Assembly: GCA_964035575.1 (NCBI GenBank)
Contig: OZ037841.1
Span: forward strand, 1,426,001 to 1,490,000
Length of the DNA stretch: 64,000 bases
Reading direction: 5' to 3'
Source: Rhynchopus sp. YZ270_cl-10
Taxonomy: Eukaryota
The stretch's first letter is position 1. Each line of letters starts with the position of its first letter. The notes under the pieces were generated by a model. It was not told the origin of the DNA. It worked only from the letters and a program-made list of their open reading frames with translations, and did no database searches. The translations under genes and the position numbers were made by a program. Positions 12,064 to 28,193 of this stretch are shown one piece after another.

Positions 12064-12789
12064 TTATTTTGCAACTGCTTAAAATATAACCACATAAACA
12101 CGCCTTGCTAGAGGTCTGTTTGTTTCATGTTTATTTTTAATGTTCGGGAACAGAGACGCAGTTCTGTTCCCGAATGTCAATTACCCTCCCATTTGGGACT
12201 TTTTTTTTTCTTTTCTATTTTTGACTTTTTTTTTATCAGTCGCTCCCAGGTACAGTGTCAACAGTCCGTCAGGAAACATTATGCCTGACGAAAAAATGCT
12301 GGCTGCCTTCGCAGATACGTATTGTGCACTTTCCACCCCACCTTTTCTTTTGCCGCCCCCTTTTCAACCCCGCTCCTCGCAACCCTGCCCCCTTTTTTTT
12401 GTCCGGAAATGACCTACCGTACTGGATTGTTATGGTTATTAGTGCTCCTGAAATAAAAAATACCAAGTACGCAACAACTACGCACTAAGTACGCAACAAG
12501 TACGCAATATAGGGTATTCCTGTATTTTTTTTCGTGCACAAAGTGCGCAACAAGTACGCAAAATGGGGTTATCAAGAGCACCAATTATTGTTATTTTTTT
12601 TTACACAACGCACCTTACCCGGTGCATCAGAGACAACGACAACATCAAAAAAAAAAAAAAAAAAAGTGAATTTCCTCTGTCGCTCTCCCTTTCCCCCCCT
12701 CCTGAATCCCTCCCCTCCATCACAGAGTTTATTAATATTTTTTTTGTGGTTATTTTCAGTTTTGTTTTGCTTTCCCCCACCCTTTGACG

Positions 12790-15093
12790 ATGCCTTCTGA
12801 GGTAACAAATCCATTGCTTCCGACGAAGAGAAATTCATCTGCTCCCCCTGTGTCGAAGGTTCCCCCGAAGCTGACGTTATTGACCGAGCCACGTTCGGCT
12901 AGTATTGTGCCAGAATATGTGTCATTGTCGACGCAAAGTGAGATGTTTGGGATTCCTTCGTTTATGCAGTATCTGTTCGCAGAGCATGAAGGTGATGATA
13001 AAATTCTGAGAAATCATTTTTTGGCAAGGTTATGGTGGTCCGGGCAGTTTCGACCCCTTATCAAAAACGATTATGAAGCGCAAAAGAGACGCGACGCAGG
13101 CAGCTTCAGCAGCCTCTGTGAGTTCTTCCAGGTCGGTTCCGCCGACCCAAGCTTCCTCTGGTGGTGGGATATCCTTGCTCTGCTCTCCTCCTTCGCGCTG
13201 TACAGCATCACTATCTACAGCGACTTCGCGCTTGCGGAACGCAAAAACGGCTTTCCCCTGGGCCTAGCCCTCACATTTCAACTGGTATTTGGCGCAGTGC
13301 TTTTATTAGACAGCATTGCCACCAAACACAAACTGCGTCTCTCTGTCTCAGAAGGGTTCACAGCGCTGTTTACCAACCCCTCCACAGTGCCGCGCGGATT
13401 TACCAAATGGTTGCTAATCGACTTCCTCCCGGGGATTCCTTTGGATACGGTGTTGACCTTGATTGTGGTGATAGTGGAGGCAGGGGATAGGTCTGTCCTT
13501 GCGCAGGCCGCTGTTATAGTGTCAAATGTGCGTTTGTTGGCATTGGGGAAAATATTTTATGCTATGTCGCCTGATTACATCAGCGTGAACAACCCTGTAT
13601 CGAAGGTGCCCAAGACATATTATATGTTTGTCTTCAAGGCGTCGACGTTGGTGAAGGGGACGTATTGGTGGTTGATCATCACGCACTTCATTGCGTGCAC
13701 CAGAAACGCGATGCGGCATCTGCACGACAAGCCAAACAGCTACATGGACGGCCTCTACTGGACGGTCATCACCCTCTGTGCGGTGGGCTACAGCGACAGC
13801 CCGGACACAAGCGTTCTCGATAAGGTGCTAGCGTGCTTTACATTTCTGATAGGTCTTCTGATCAACTCCTTCTTCGTCGGTGCCCTTACGGTGACAATGC
13901 AGAGGGGAAACGCTCGGTATGTGTTTTTGTATTTTTTTTTTCCATTCATTTCTCACAGCCTCCTCCGTGCAGAGCATATGTTGTTGACGCTCTCCGCCTG
14001 CGCTTCTTCAGAGATGCCCGACTTTCTTCTCGAGCAGATCCTCGCCCTGCAACTCTTTTCCATGGACTCTGAGTACGACAGCATCTTCAGCGACGTCGCC
14101 TCCAAGATGCCTCAGCAGCTCTCCGCCACCATCGAGCTGGTCGTCAAGCAACGCCACATCCTGAGTATCCCTTTCTTCTCCACGCTGAGCTACCCCTGCC
14201 AGCTCTTTCTTGCAAGCACGATGAAGACTGTTACGTGCACCGCACAACACACGATGATTGTGAATGGGAACCAGATGGATGCGGTGTTTTACCTTGCATG
14301 CGGCTATGCAGTTCAGGTTAAAAGTGTGCTTCAGACTGACGCACGCGAGCACCTTGAAACAAGCGAAGGAGAGGACAGCGCATCAACGGCAACCCCTACC
14401 GGCTCTCCCGGATCCCCCGGATCCCCCGGCTTCTCCCAGGCTCCACAAAATGCAGAAAAAAATCTGCGCTATCTCAAAGCCGGTGCCTCCTTTGGCAGCG
14501 AATCACTCAATTGCGAAATCCCCTATTCCGTCAAAACGCTGACCTGCTGTGTCTTCTATAAGGTGGATTTGGAATCCCTTCAAAACCTGATTCATATGTT
14601 CCCCTGCTTCAAAGATGAGCCCTTAGGCGATGGTTCTGGAACCCTAGGCAGTTTGGCAACAGGGTCCACCCCGGCAGCCTTTGTGTATGAGGAGTACCTC
14701 AACCCACGATATGGCGCGACAATAGAAAATAGTAGTGAAAATTACTTTGGGGACGAGCTTGCGGACGACTCCTGCGGGCAAGGGAACGGAGGCGATTCAA
14801 AGGAAAAGTCTGATAAGGTGGAAAAGATGGAGCCGTCGCCTGACAAACGGCAAGGACCGCGTCCTGAGCGTACCCCCTCCTTCCGACGTGGTGTCAACGG
14901 AGTTCCTCAATCCCCTCGGGGAGGAAGTCTGATCGTTCGTGAACGCTCGCGGTCCCTTCTCCTAGGCACACAGCCTGTGCGTAACACAGAGACGCGGCGC
15001 GTAAAGAACCCCACTCCACTCCGTGTGCACAGCATCAAGGCGCTGCTCGACTGCAAAGCTTTTTTGGGGATTTTGAAAAAACAAAGAATGTAA
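12790..15093 (+). CDS. Cyclic-nucleotide-binding-domain (CNBD) cation channel, EAG/HCN/CNG superfamily; join(12790..13916,13959..15093), ~753 aa
   Basis: TM helices, pore helix and filter YWTVITLCAVGYSD, S6 LIGLLINSFFVGALT, C-linker (..ILSIPFFSTLS..), CNBD (MDAVFYLACG...YLKAGASFGSE..YSVKTLTCC). A 42-nt GT-AG intron is inferred. Confidence 0.8.
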   Translation: MPSEVTNPLLPTKRNSSAPPVSKVPPKLTLLTEPRSASIVPEYVSLSTQSEMFGIPSFMQYLFAEHEGDDKILRNHFLARLWWSGQFRPLIKNDYEAQKRRDAGSFSSLCEFFQVGSADPSFLWWWDILALLSSFALYSITIYSDFALAERKNGFPLGLALTFQLVFGAVLLLDSIATKHKLRLSVSEGFTALFTNPSTVPRGFTKWLLIDFLPGIPLDTVLTLIVVIVEAGDRSVLAQAAVIVSNVRLLALGKIFYAMSPDYISVNNPVSKVPKTYYMFVFKASTLVKGTYWWLIITHFIACTRNAMRHLHDKPNSYMDGLYWTVITLCAVGYSDSPDTSVLDKVLACFTFLIGLLINSFFVGALTVTMQRGNARYVFLYFFFPFISHSLLRAEHMLLTLSACASSEMPDFLLEQILALQLFSMDSEYDSIFSDVASKMPQQLSATIELVVKQRHILSIPFFSTLSYPCQLFLASTMKTVTCTAQHTMIVNGNQMDAVFYLACGYAVQVKSVLQTDAREHLETSEGEDSASTATPTGSPGSPGSPGFSQAPQNAEKNLRYLKAGASFGSESLNCEIPYSVKTLTCCVFYKVDLESLQNLIHMFPCFKDEPLGDGSGTLGSLATGSTPAAFVYEEYLNPRYGATIENSSENYFGDELADDSCGQGNGGDSKEKSDKVEKMEPSPDKRQGPRPERTPSFRRGVNGVPQSPRGGSLIVRERSRSLLLGTQPVRNTETRRVKNPTPLRVHSIKALLDCKAFLGILKKQRM
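13917..13958 (+). other. Probable 42-nt spliceosomal intron (in frame, stop-free)
   Basis: GTATGT...T-rich...CTCACAG matches the other introns in the window. Unspliced, it would add the implausible peptide YVFLYFFFPFISH. Confidence 0.75.
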
Positions 15094-16017
15094 AATGGGG
15101 GCTTTTTGCGAAGAACAGAACCCCCCCATTTGTGCCACGCAAGAAGTACACCACCTGTGTGAACTCCTCGCTTTTTTGGAAATTTTTTTGCCATTCCTTT
15201 TAGGGAACGGAGCATGGTCCGGTCCTGGAAACTCCAAGAAAATGGAGTCGGCGGGCTTTTTCTTCTTCTTCCCCACAAAAAAAATGCCACTTGTGGTTCC
15301 CTCACCCCCCTTCTTGTAGTTGTTTGATGTTCACGCTTTCACACCAAAAAAAAAAAAATAATCATTTCTCTTTTACAAGAGCTTTGCGGTTGTGTGCAGG
15401 TGTGGCTACGAAATACAACACATTATTTGGGGGGTTCCTTTTTTCGAAAAAATATATGTGCACACAAACAGAGGCACGTTTCATCATCATTTCACGCCTC
15501 CTTTTTTCCCTTTTCCCTTTCTCCTCTTCTTCTGTCTTTACTCCCCCTTATGTATTTTTTTTTTTGACTACTTCTTTGGTATCGAACGCCCCCCCATCAG
15601 TTCTAAAACATGATAAAAAAGTGCACGCTTTTCGATGACAAATTACCTCCCACTTATCACCTCTCTCTACGGATAACATACACGGCCGAGTCGGGGCGAA
15701 AAATACCCCAAAAAGCTTAAGGTTCACGTATTTCCGAAAAAATACGCGCATGGCAGACACTTGCACTTGGGGCACTTCTTCTTGGCCAGCAACTCTGCAC
15801 TGCCGGATGCATTCTTCAGCCCCTTCCTCAGATTAAGATCAGAGGGATGCTTTTTTGTTTGTTTGTCTGCCTCCGAATCCTCCCCCCCCATCCTTCTCTT
15901 GCTGTTCACCGTGTGCGTCCATCGTCTGAGAGTGAGAGTGATGCAGTGGGGGGGTAAGGCCCTCTTCCGACTCGGCCCGGATGCATTGTATGGGATAATA
16001 TCCCTAATTTTTTCTCA

Positions 16018-16091
16018 TTTTTTTTGATAAATTGTTGGAGTAGTGTAGTTGCCTCGGTTGTGTTGCCACAGTTGTGCAAATCTCCACTGTC
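16018..16091. repeat. 74-bp inverted repeat, left arm (right arm 17452-17525)
   Basis: Reverse complement of 17452-17525 with 3 mismatches, including T8 versus A8 outer ends. Confidence 0.9.
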
Positions 16092-16248
16092 AACTCCCAC
16101 CTCACCACCAAACCTTTGAGTCACACAACCTCCTCTTCCTCTTCCTCCTAGGTATATCTACACCTTCCCCCCACCTCACCCCACCCGCTTTATCTCCTTC
16201 TTCTTTACTCCCCTCTTTTTCTCCTCTTATCTTTCTTCCCTTCAAAGA

Positions 16249-16962
16249 ATGGGAAACTGTAGAAGCAAATCTAACGTTGAAGTGCATTGCCAGAGGAGGG
16301 AGCGGGGTTTAAATCAGGTGAGACATACACAATGTGACGTGCTGGCACCTGTCGCACCACCGTTGGCTCCGCGCAGTAGGAAAACCTCGATGCGGCAGTG
16401 CAGACCGCAATCTGGTCTGTTGGGGAGACGATCTGAGATGGGAATGGACCTGAGGGTATTGGTTCCGACGGTGGTGGGGAAAGCTCCGATGGCGTGGTGG
16501 GCACAACAGGACATTAAGGACGCAGAGGAGGGTCGCTCCTCCTCCAAGCGTAAGGAGGCCCGCAAGCCAGTCCAAAAAGACCAATCCGGATGGAACGCAA
16601 GAATGATGGAGAACCGCCGTAGACGTGCCTCGTACTACGCCTCGCACGCAGAGAAGAGAGAACGTGAAGCAAAGGCTGCACAAACAGCAGAAGTAGCCCG
16701 CTACCTCTCCTCCTGCCGTTCTGTCACCTCCGAGTCGTTTACCCTATCCCCTCCATCAAGAGCAGATGTTGTGTCCACAAATGATGCCAAATCTCCAGAA
16801 TGCGCACCCACAGCAATCCACATCGGGGGCTGTGATACCAAGGGGAGTGCAAGTGGCAGCACCCTAAAGCGACTCAGCAGTGCGTCATCAGCGGGGATGA
16901 CGTCGGAAGGGGGGTCTTCCTTCGCAGTGTCATCCTTCGTGAGAAGGGAAGCAGTGTATTGA
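16249..16962 (+). CDS. Hypothetical 237-aa protein with predicted N-myristoylation/palmitoylation (MGNCRSK)
   Basis: ATG-initiated ORF after a polypyrimidine tract, coding-like composition, Gly2/Cys4/Ser6 acylation pattern. No recognisable domain. Confidence 0.6.
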   Translation: MGNCRSKSNVEVHCQRRERGLNQVRHTQCDVLAPVAPPLAPRSRKTSMRQCRPQSGLLGRRSEMGMDLRVLVPTVVGKAPMAWWAQQDIKDAEEGRSSSKRKEARKPVQKDQSGWNARMMENRRRRASYYASHAEKREREAKAAQTAEVARYLSSCRSVTSESFTLSPPSRADVVSTNDAKSPECAPTAIHIGGCDTKGSASGSTLKRLSSASSAGMTSEGGSSFAVSSFVRREAVY

Positions 16963-17451
16963 GAGCAAAAGGAGGGGAGGAGGAGGGGGGGGGTGTTTGT
17001 GAGGTAAGAGGTTTTCAAAGGATTTTTTTTGCCCTCAAAACGGGGGGGGTAAAACCCTTCTGAGAGGGAGAAAAAATGTGATGTACTCTTTTCCGCTTCC
17101 CAAACGTGCGCAACCTTGATCCTATTAGCAGCTGTCTCCTTAAATGGCTGGTATCGGGTGGGAGGTGTGCGGATCTGTGTAGGGGATACTCTGGGTTGGA
17201 AGTGACTGAGTGTCGCCTTCCCTTGGAGATTGTTCTGCTGCACTGGGCAATCGATCGTTGGGAATGTTGTTTTGTACTTTCACTTTCAAATTTAAAAACC
17301 GTCTGTTTTGATGTTTTGGCAGATGCGTTTTCGACAATGGGTTGTGAAGCATTTGTCACTGTGTCACTGTGTCACTGTACCTGATCTACTCAGAGACATC
17401 ACACAGAATGTCTGTACAGCAACCAATTTGCAGCCACTATTTCAAAAAAAA

Positions 17452-17525
17452 GACAGTGGAGATTTGCACAACTGTGGCACCACAACCGAGGCAACTACAC
17501 TGCTCCAACACTTTATCAAAAAAAA
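17452..17525. repeat. 74-bp inverted repeat, right arm
   Basis: GACAGTGGAGATTTGCACAACTGTGGCACCACAACCGAGGCAACTACACTGCTCCAACACTTTATCAAAAAAAA; see left arm. Confidence 0.9.
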
Positions 17526-17545
17526 GTAAAAAATAAAAAACGCCA

Positions 17546-17589
17546 TACCATGGTAGGTTACAGTGAAAAAAAAAAAAAAAAAAAAAAAA
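17546..17589 (+). repeat. Poly(A)-tailed short repeat TACCATGGTAGGTTACAGTG(A)n; second copy at 26455-26491; probable 5'-truncated non-LTR retroposon end
   Basis: An identical 20-mer is immediately followed by an A-run (~24 and ~17 A) at the two loci. Confidence 0.7.
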
Positions 17590-18409
17590 CGTGTGCACAT
17601 ACCTTTGTTTCACCGCGCCGGAAGGCGATGGTGGCAGGTCTGTACATAGTTTGACCTTGGGATATGTCTCGTCTTTTTTGGGGCGCAATCCTTTTCTTTG
17701 GCACCCACACACCAAAACGCCCCCCCTTTTTTTTGTGTGTACAATTCTGATTATATGCTCTTATAAAGCCGCACCCCCTTCTGTTGCTAACCTTTTCCCT
17801 CCCTCTTCAGTCATGCATGCCATGTTTGAATTCCCTCCTTGTTGAATTTTTCAGAAATATCTGTGTTATTTGAGACGCATTCAGTTCCTAAGTTTGTTTT
17901 GTGTCCACTCTCGACTTCATTTTTTTTTGTGGCAAGGTGACTAAGTGACTGCAGGTAAAAAGATTGATGAATAACCAATGTTCAAAACATTAAGTTATCT
18001 ATTAAGACTAAGTGACTGCAGGTACCGCTTAGACTCATCTACTCTTGCCAAGCAGTTCTCGCTTGTGTTCACGAAATAAGATGTGTGCCCGTGAGGTGCA
18101 TTCAATTTCATCTTGAAGCCTTTTTTTGTCCCTTTGTTCCCTTGTTCCCTCTACCTGGAGGGTCAGTGCTTATGTGCCCGTAAAGGCTATATTTTTGCAT
18201 TGTAAAAAAAAACAAAAATACAAAAACCCCCCGTATGATCCCCCATTGTGTGTGGTGTAGCGTCATACCCTCCTCTCCTCTCCCCAATTATTAAAATAAG
18301 TGTTGCTCGAAATATGCGTATTTTTTGGCCAGTTCTAACTGGGTCAAAATTCATTCCCCCATTGCCTTTTTTTAAAGGTGACTGAACCTGGCTTGGGTTC
18401 ATTATAAGG

Positions 18410-18526
18410 GTGTACTGTGTGTACTGTGTGTACTGTGTGTACTGTGTGTACTGTGTGTACTGTGTGTACTGTGTGTACTGTGTGTACTGTGTGTACTGTG
18501 TGTACTGTGTGTAATGTGTGTAATGT
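18410..18526. repeat. 9-bp minisatellite (GTGTACTGT) x11 plus 2 variant units (GTGTAATGT)
   Basis: Directly visible tandem array. Confidence 0.95.
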
Positions 18527-18919
18527 GCGAGGTACCACAGTGCAGGACCTCACAAGCTCTCACAGCCTGTTGTGTGTCTCACGGAGACAATCACGGATCA
18601 CTCAAACCTGCAGAAAACAAAACCCATTTTTTTTTGCACAAGCACACACACGTAACACACAAGTACACCTAAAGTAGTCGGGGGAAAAACGGTACAGAAA
18701 AGTACGTAAAAAAACCCTCCTTTCTTGCTCTCCTCCCCCTCTCGCTCCCACTTTGTTTGAGACCCGTCTCATGTAGTAAAGTTGCCCGTGTAATATTTTG
18801 TTGTTGCACAACAGCCGACTTGCTGAAAACGTCTCTTTTTTCTTATAGAAGTATAGAGGTATATTCTTCTCGCTTTGGGGCGTACAGAATACCTTTTTTT
18901 CATTTTTGGATGTAAACCT

Positions 18920-19009
18920 CGAAATGGATGTAGGACTTGCATGGGGCCCACCCGGTGCCCCGATCATGTCCGAGGTACACTGTCACGAGAGGACTTTGTA
19001 TTTCAAGTC
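18920..19009 (+). repeat. Hairpin repeat family B, long copy (CGAAATGGATGTAGGACT...GGTACACTGTC-ACGAGAG-GGCTTTGTATTTCAAGTC); other copies near 20444, 20897, 21294, 28049-28123, 53396-53480, 54870
   Basis: The 3' ~36 bp is shared by about seven loci, with variable 5' extent, all on the + strand. Confidence 0.85.
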
Positions 19010-21669
19010 AGATTTCATTTTTGGTAGGTGCCTATTCTCTGCGAGGCTTAGGTCGTTCTGCTTCCTTTGCGCATTTTCTCTATAAAAAAATATTATTTTT
19101 TTTGGCCCGTTTTTTTGTCCTCCTCTCTTGGGGAATCGGGTGTTTGTGTATTTTTTTTGAAGATGTTTTCCATGCGAAATCTATTCCTCTTTCAAGCTTT
19201 CTGTAAGATGACTAAAACACTAGGCTTAGGTTCATCGGTTCAGCATTTTTCTTTGCTTCTAGACAAAAACCCAAACTTACCGTCACTATGATCTCCTCCG
19301 AAGACGGCCTATGGGTTTTGCTTTTTTTTTTTTTTTTGGTATAAATTCTCGCACGACAACGAAAGCGGTAAAGATGCGCGTCTCTTCTTAGAGTCATGTT
19401 CATCTTTCACGCTTTCCTCAATTGTTTTTATCAGATTCTATTTGTATTTTTGCATGAGCTCGACCGAGCTGCGTTACAGCACAGTTCAATTACTCTATTC
19501 CCCCCCGGCTTTGACGACACAAATATAGGCCCACTTTTTATTATTCTTTTTTGCGACCGCACAGATGTACTGTACAACGTACAGATTTTTAAAACGAAAA
19601 CAAAAAACCATTGCAAAAAACCCCATCCGTGCAAACAGAGAAATCACGAACAGACCACCTTAGTGTCGGAGCAACATTAGGGTGATGCTACCAAATTTTC
19701 TTTATTTTTTGACGACAAAACAAAAAGGTCGCACTCACTATTTAGTATTTATTTTGCATGAGCTCAACCGAGCTACGTTTTAGCACGTTTCAACTTCTCT
19801 TATTTATTTTATTTTTTTCGAACAGTGCCAACATCCGCCGTCATCCGATGAGGTGTAAGCACTGCCAACTTCAAAGGTTGCTAAGCAGGAGGCTTGGTTT
19901 CATCTTGATTTTCTTTTCTGAACAAACACGACAGTGAAGTAAATTTAAATTGCCTTGTGGTTCTACTTGTGGCTTACAACGCTGAAAACCGCAAGCAAAA
20001 AAGGCATTTACTTCACCACCGTGAACCTCCCTTGAGTTACCACCCTCCCCTCCCACTTTTCATCGTTGGGGGTATTGGGATGGCACAATGAAAGCAAGAC
20101 GTTCCCCTTTTGTTTTTCAGTTGTGTGTCATGTCAACCTATTATAGACCCAAATACCCGCTCTTCTTTCCTCATTCAACATAGCCCGCACAAACAAAAGT
20201 CCCACATTGCTGGTTTTTACAGAAAAGTCTTTTCACAATATTTTGATATTCGCAAGGTAAATACCTCTACGCTTGCGGTCAAATAAAAAAAAGAAAAAAA
20301 AAAAAAAGAAATAAAAATGCCGACTCATCTTTCCCGTGAGAGTTTTCTGTACGTTCTTTGCAGGGGTCTTTGTCTGTCTTTTTAGTGATTGTGTGCAGCG
20401 AGGCTTAGGATTAACATTGCATTGTTTTTTTCTGGTCCACCGAGGTACACTGTCACAGGGCTTTTTGTTTTTCAAGTCATTTTTTTATTTTTTATTTATT
20501 TGCAACTCTAACCAAAAAAACCGTGTCCTATCCCTGCCCCCTTTGCAAGTCCTAAGTTTGTGACTGCGGCTAGGGGGTAAAATAGAAAGAAACAATAAAC
20601 CCCCCCACCTCCTCCCATTTTATTTTTGGAAGAAACAAGCAACCCGCGTGCTAAAAAAAATATAGTGGAGCTCATCCTCGGGTTACTAACACTAATACTG
20701 TTCAAAAAAAAACGTATGGTTATCCTATTTTACCCCATCTGGTCAAGGTGTTTATTGTTGCTGATGTGTGTATGAAAGAAGTGATATTTTTATTTTGCAT
20801 TGTTTTGGACGTTGTTGTTTGTATTGGCACAAGTTCCTCGCGAAACGCCTGCGATAATGGAACGTAGTCCGCTGGACAACTTCTTCTTCTTTTGTTGGTA
20901 CACTGCCACGAGAGGGCTTTGTATTTCAAGTCAAATTTGTTTTGTTTTTTCGCGGATGTTAGTGCAGTTTCACCGCAGAAAGTTTGTTTTTTATATTATT
21001 TCACCCCAGTTTTGGAAGTCGCCGTGCACACTTCACTTATTGTTTACGTAACCACACACACACACACCGTTTGACCATTAGCTCATTAATTAACAGATAT
21101 GGGGTCAGACCAGAGTTCCTGTCTCTCTTCCACATCATTATTTTAGTCGTTAAAAAGGCTGGGGTAAGAGGTCGCGTGGTTCGCCGAGCGGTTGTGAACC
21201 GAACCTCGGTTCTCTTACGGTACGGAACACCCCACGTCCCACCGCTCGACTGAGATGCGTTTTAGCACGTTTCAATTACCATTTTAATTTATAGGTACAC
21301 TGTCACGAGAGGGCTTTGTATTTCAAAATTTTATTACTCGGAGTAACTCCTCCTGTCGTAGGCCGCAGGGTACTTTGTGCTTTCATCCGGATGGCTGGCA
21401 TCGTACGTGGGTCAGTCGGAGGTGCCTGCATCAACTACAGTTTATTTTGAAATATACGCCATGCGAACGCCCCATCCCCTTCTCATTGGTCTTCACTTCC
21501 CCCCCCACCCCCTTTTTGTTCATCACATTCCATAGTTCAGTATTCCCGTTGTACAGAATAAACAGCGAACCCCCTTTTTCCCCCTCCTTGACTTTTTTCT
21601 TACTTTTTCATCCCCTGAGCAAAACCCCCCTTCTCCCCTCTGGTTCGTACAACCTGCCATATTTTTTTT

Positions 21670-21708
21670 GATGACTAAGCCCGAGAGGCTTAGGGTCATC
21701 TTATAAAC
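21670..21708 (+). repeat. Hairpin repeat family A (GGTGACTAAGC-ACGAGAG-GCTTAGGGTCATC-TTATAAAC); clear copies at 30424, 36164, 42662, 44882, 51853, 52649; degenerate copies near 18377, 19208, 28992, 31491, 34377, 48387
   Basis: Direct matches; stem CTAAGC/GCTTAG extended by GGTGAC/GTCATC; nearly always followed by a T-rich tract. Confidence 0.9.
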
Positions 21709-22274
21709 TCTGATGCATTGACTACGAGATGACTTGAAAATTTGGAGGAAATGGTAGTGCAAATCAGTGCCTTTATAGTGCTGTTTTGCGGGGGTAAGCT
21801 AAGTGTGAGAGGCTTAGGGTCATTGCCAAAAAACGTCTCTCTCTTTTCTTGCCAAAATCTTCTTCTCTGCTTGTGTGGCATTTTTTTTTTGTACCAACCG
21901 TGTGGGGGGGGGGGGGGGGGTGGGTTTCCCAAATCCAGCCAGCATCCTTAGATGCAGGATGTAGGATCTGAGACAACTCTCCTATGCCAAAAAACCCTCA
22001 TATCTTGCCCTGTTTTCCGTTTAATCCGCCCATTGCCTATTTCTTAACATTTTATTAGTGGAAAAAAAAGCAACGTTTTAATCCCCACAGAGGATTGATT
22101 TTTTTCTCAAATGCAGTCAATCTGTTTGGTGTCCAAAAAGGTGGAAAATTACTCCCACAAATACTTTATTTGGATGTCATATTTCGGACTACTGTAATCC
22201 CTTTTGAATGCATTGTAGGAAATGCAGAACACCAAGGCATACCCAACAGGAGGAGAGGAGAGACTTAGAAAACA

Positions 22275-26182
<3,908 letters not shown>

Positions 26183-26908
26183 AATAAAAAAAACGATTTT
26201 GAAAAAAAAGCAGCATTGTTGAGAAAGAAAGGACAAAATGGGGTATCAATAATTCGAAAGGAAGAAAGCGGATGTGAGCAGGAGAGGCTTAGGTGCCCTC
26301 TTATTTTGTCGTTATGGAGCGGGGGGGAACAAAACAGCGGAAGAATGTCTCTTTCCTTTTGCTGATCCGCTCGATATGCTGTGTATTTTTTTTTATTTTT
26401 TGAAGACCCCAGTGGCGCGGCTACCAATAACTACCGTGTAGTCAGCGTCACGCCTACCATGGTAGGTTACAGTGAAAAAAAAAAAAAAAAACCCCCCCCT
26501 CATTCTCCCCATCTCTCGTATTTAGATTTTTAACCATCTTTTATTAAAGATGTTTGTTGGTGGCTAAACCATGCTTTATGATCACCTTACCCCCTCGAAG
26601 GTGTGGAGATCCATTCGATGAGGTCCCGATGAGGGTCTCATGACTCACCCTCCTTTGGTATTCACTTTTATTTTTGATTCCCCCCCCTTTTTTTGGGTGT
26701 ACAGTGAGGTACATTCATGCTCTCGATGAGGCGCTCAACAAAAAATATGCGTTTTTTTTTTTTTCATCGATTCTTTTCTCTATCCATAAGATTGTGCGCA
26801 CCATGGTGCCTTATCTTTCAAAGCTTTATTTTTACTTTCTTCTTCTCTCCTAGAAACGTTATATGAAAAACGAAAAAAAAAAAAAAAAACTCCAAAGAAG
26901 GGTTCACA

Positions 26909-27754
26909 CAGGGTTCTAGGTCCAAAAAAAAAAAAAGGGAAACGGAAAATGTGTTTTGAAAAAAAAATTCCGCGCTGCGCGCGGAAAATTCCTACCCCAC
27001 AACAGCCCCAAAAAATTGATGCTACCCATACGTAATGTCAAGTCGAGGACATCCTTCGCATAATGGAGAGGGATAACCCGATTCCCAACGAACTGCCGGA
27101 CAATCTCCTAGGGGTGATCATCCAAGAATGTGTGGCACGAAAGAATCGTGCACCCGAACCTCACCCCTATGATGATGATCTGTGACAGTCGACTAGAAAA
27201 GCGACACAAAGATACACTTTGTATTCTTTGTTCAGGAGCAGTGGGCCTATACAGGTTCGCCCAAGTTCCTGGCGAAGCCACGGTACGCAACATTTATTTA
27301 TTTAAAAATGTTGACATAAAATGGCACGGTCGCTAGTAATTCTCATCAGTTTCCGTAAATTTTACTTACGTATTTTGCTAAAACGAAAGTTTCTGGCGAA
27401 GCCACGGTACGCAACATTTCCAAAAAATACGCTTAAAATTGCACTTTTTTTACAGCCAAACTAAGTCATGGGAAGGGTTGTTGTAAGCTTGCGCCGCAGG
27501 CGCACGGTACGCTACTTTTTTTCTTTCGCCATGATGCATGCTTCCTTTTCCTTCTGAATGCGAGCATTTTTGTATGGGAAATTGAGTTTTTTTTGGGTAG
27601 CAAAAAATTCTGTTGTGAGTGAGTGTAGGAGGGACCCACGGTTTCTGGGATTATTTTTTGGGGGGCACCTGGGTACTACCCCCCAAAAAAAAAAAAAACC
27701 GGATTTAACGGAAAATGTGTTACACATTTTCCGTATACTATACCTAGGACCCTG
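26909..27754. mobile_element. Non-autonomous TIR element (846 bp) with 7-bp TSD (hAT- or P-like)
   Basis: Ends CAGGGTTCTAGGT / ACCTAGGACCCTG (12/13); GTTCACA on both sides (26902-26908, 27755-27761); subterminal ACGGAAAATGTG motifs; internal duplicate CTGGCGAAGCCACGGTACGCAACATTT (27269, 27393); GC hairpins. Confidence 0.75.
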
Positions 27755-28193
27755 GTTCACAATGCAAAAAAACTGCGTGGCAGTTCTGCAGATCTCTCTG
27801 ATATTACAATGTAATGTCCAACAAAAAATATTTCAAAAAAACAAAAACAAAAAGCAAAAACATGTGTACATCTGTACATATGAAAACCCATCCAATGCGG
27901 GAGATACAACCAAAGGTCTTTCTTTGATGAGAATGACTTTTTTCTCCCCTACCGACCTCCCCACATTCCCAAGCTCAAAAAAAACAACTGATTCTACAGG
28001 GGTTGAAGTTTTCTAGGATTATTTTACGAACCATTCTCTTTTAGATGTCGAAATGGATGTAGGACTGCATGGTTGGGGTCCACCCCGTGCACCGGTACGT
28101 ACTAAGGCTTTGTATTTCAAGTCTACTTTTTTTTTTTGTACTTTCAACATTTTCAACAGACTACCAAAAAAAAAACACAACACCACCGCAACA

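Noticed and set aside
12440..12583. Cluster of AAGTACGCAA repeats with weak inverted ends (TAGTGCTCCTGA / TCAAGAGCACCA)
   Set aside because: Probably an old MITE, but the TIR is imperfect and there is no clean TSD. Spacing is irregular, so it is not CRISPR-like.
18344..18677. ORFs with CTV/HTV repeats
   Set aside because: Translations of the 9-bp minisatellite.
28053..28193. N-terminal extension of RPL14 in the ORF track
   Set aside because: Derived from a family B repeat and T/A tracts; the conserved protein starts at ATG 28194.
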